Assembly: GCF_018977255.1 (NCBI RefSeq)
Contig: NW_024704764.1
Location: 10,230,001-10,294,000, forward strand
Source: Callorhinchus milii
Lineage: Eukaryota
Length of the DNA: 64,000 nt
Direction: 5' to 3'
A program made the position numbers and the translations under genes. Positions 61,753-64,000 of the stretch are shown piece by piece; the stretch's first letter is position 1, and the number at the start of each line of letters is the position of its first letter. The notes below the pieces were generated by a model that saw nothing but the letters and a program-made list of their open reading frames with translations, had not been told where the DNA came from and did not search any database.

Positions 61753-64000
61753 TTAGGGCGACCTTCTCGAGTTAGAGGGTCCACTGTAATACAACAAATG
61801 TCAGGTAAAGCAACAGCACCATCAAAGCCTCTCTGACAAAATGTCCCTCAGGTCTGTGCCAAGCCCTTACTGCTGGCTATTTTTGCAATGTGGTATAATG
61901 GACCCAAGCCACCAGGTTAGAATGGGGTCTGACTACTAATAAGAAGAGGAGATAAAGTGAATGAGTTAAAAGCTGGACCCAGAACAGTGTGTCCACATTT
62001 TTATGAATAGTTGGTATTTCATAAAGTGTATGATATACCCCAAACTCCCTCATGAGTTTCAATCTTATAGCTGGCCAAAGAGATGGTCGTTCCCACATAC
62101 ATAAGACACATAATGGTGCAATATGACTTGGTGTCACTGCTGATTTGTTCAGCTGATTTACCTGAAATTAGCTCTGCTAAATACTTCCTCCTCCTCTGAG
62201 GAATCCTTGTAATGTGACCCGTGTCCCATTGATTTCTTACGAACTGAATCCAATGGTTGATACAAATCTTGAAGCCAAAGTGGCTTTGGGGTACTGGATT
62301 TGACTGGTTCCTGGGAATAAAAAGCACTGGTTCAGTTGGATGTAGGTTAATCATCGATCACTATGAATATATTTTGTCTTCCTGGTAGTTTCACTTGAGT
62401 AGGAATATTACCTTGTGTGCTTGACTGTCCCCCTCTTTCTTCGGAGAGCTGTCAGCAGAACACATAACATCAAGTAAGATTTCCATAATTTTTACCCCCC
62501 AAAACAGAGCATTCCACGTCACAGCTTATTCAAAACAACATTTACCTTCCAGATTCCTCTTTACATTTATCAGTATTCTTATCTGATCTTTGAGAGCAAA
62601 TCTATTGGCAGAAAACATAAAGTTGGTAGGAGCAGTGAGAATGTTACTGTTTAAAGTGATTAACCTGTTAATTTAAAATGGAAGCTTGCAGCATAAATTA
62701 TCTAAAATTAAAATCAAGTAATAATGTGAAGTATATATTCTGACAAGACGACAGTATAAGGTCAAACTTACCTCTATTAGACACACCACTGCTATAATGA
62801 TCATCACTACAACAGTGACTGCTATAGCCAGCAGCAGCTTATGGCCATATTCCACAGAAGATAAAGTCGCAGGCCTCTATAAACACAAAACACATACAGA
62901 GTTACAGAAAAACAACAGTATGGAGACTTTTGTTTCTAATACATTCAATCTTGAAACAAAGGATGAAAACATATTGACGTTTTTGTGTGGATCACACTTT
63001 TTTTTAAAATGACATCTTTTTTTATCATTGAAAGTTGTTAAACCACTGTGTATCTCCCAAATATCCAGCTAGATAGACCACAGGAACATTTTTTTTTAAG
63101 ATTCACTTGATATCAGCCCACGCACATCATCCAGCTACAACCACCAGAATAGATGTGAAGGTCTCCCTGGCCCAGGGTGCTGAGCTACCTGTTTACTCTT
63201 TGGTTTGGTGCAATTATTTTAAAAAATTAACTATTTTTATAACCAAGTCTTATGTTTCCAATTAGCTCTGCATGTGCTCAAAGCCAATATAATGCTTTCC
63301 CAAACAATAATCAGAGTACCTTATGTTCCGGAACAATTTCCGGTTGATGGTGACCACTTGGATGGCCGTGTGAACTTCCTGATTTATTTGGTATTTTGGT
63401 GATTTCACTTTCTGTTTGTTCTCCTTCTGGTTCTACCAAGTGTTCGCCTAGAACCAACTCCGGCTCCGGGCTTAACGTTACCTCTTCATCATCATCAGTT
63501 TCATCTGGACGCAAAAGTGAAGGTTTCCAAGACTCAAATTCAGGTAAATATTCTTTCCCTTCATATTGCTTCATAAGATGTCCTATTTTAGCAAGAAGTT
63601 CCGTGCAAGCAGCTTTTAGTTTAGGCTTCAGACAATCTATTTTAATTATCCTTATTACATGTGCAAAAAGAGTTTGTATATCCTTGTTTGGTTCCACTGC
63701 TTTCACTTCTTCATTTACTTTAGTCTCAAACAGATCATCAACATTTGTTCTGCCAGCAGACTCATTGGATGACATACTTTTGATGGATTCCTTTATTAGT
63801 TTCCGATTATGACTTTGGGGTGAATGTGTGGTCAAAGTCTCTTCGATTATCGTGATTTCTGTTTCATGAGGCCNTTTTTTCATTGGCTGCTCTGAGGATT
63901 CCTCGCTTATCTCTACTACAGTACGATTTGCATTGCTTGGAAACTGTGGCAAACGGTGCGGTTCATTTAATTCCGCTTCATTCTGTAATTGTGAACTGTT
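61753..64000 (-). CDS. LRRC37: LRRC37-family single-pass membrane protein, C-terminal part (5' end lies outside the window)
   Basis: Exons 63320 to beyond 64000 (DLFETKVNEEVKAVEPNKDIQTLFAHVIRIIKIDC...ACTELLAKIGHLMK, resembling the LRRC37A/B C-terminal domain), 62772-62876 (YGHKLLLAIAVTVVVMIIIAVVCLIE, transmembrane), 62546-62601 (ICSQRS...), 62412-62448, 62162-62310 (KPLWLQDLYQPLDSVRKK...DSSEEEEVF), 61753-61783 (TAA). AATAAA on the minus strand at 61461-61466. One ambiguous base (N) at 63874. Confidence 0.85.

Noticed and set aside
62019-62354. 111-aa ORF MINLHPTEP...
   Set aside because: Wrong frame; the real LRRC37-like exon (KPLWLQDLY) is in another frame at 62162-62310.

Overview
Vertebrate genomic DNA, most likely a cartilaginous fish (chimaera-like; inferred from the 4-exon type I interferon genes and an abundant tRNA-headed SINE). 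Gene order from left to right: ARHGAP27 (minus strand, 3' end runs off the window), PLEKHM1 (minus, complete CDS in 11 exons), five intact intron-containing type I interferon genes (divergent IFN-A on minus, IFN-B on plus, and three near-identical tandem IFN-C copies on minus), then the 3' part of an LRRC37-like transmembrane gene (minus). I assembled all exons by hand from splice sites, phase and recalled homology. Introns and spacers are full of SINEs, L2/CR1 LINE fragments and minisatellites, which account for most of the ORF track. The most interesting signals are: an IFN with both cysteines of one disulfide replaced by Ser and an altered CAWE motif; a dense NF-kB/IRF/ATF/RFX motif cluster at about 59.5 kb; an LRRC37 homologue flanking the IFN cluster; apparent loss of the PLEKHM1 LIR; and a mosaic IFN-C array. 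No prokaryote-type system (CRISPR or similar) is present. All homology calls rest on recalled sequences, not on database searches.
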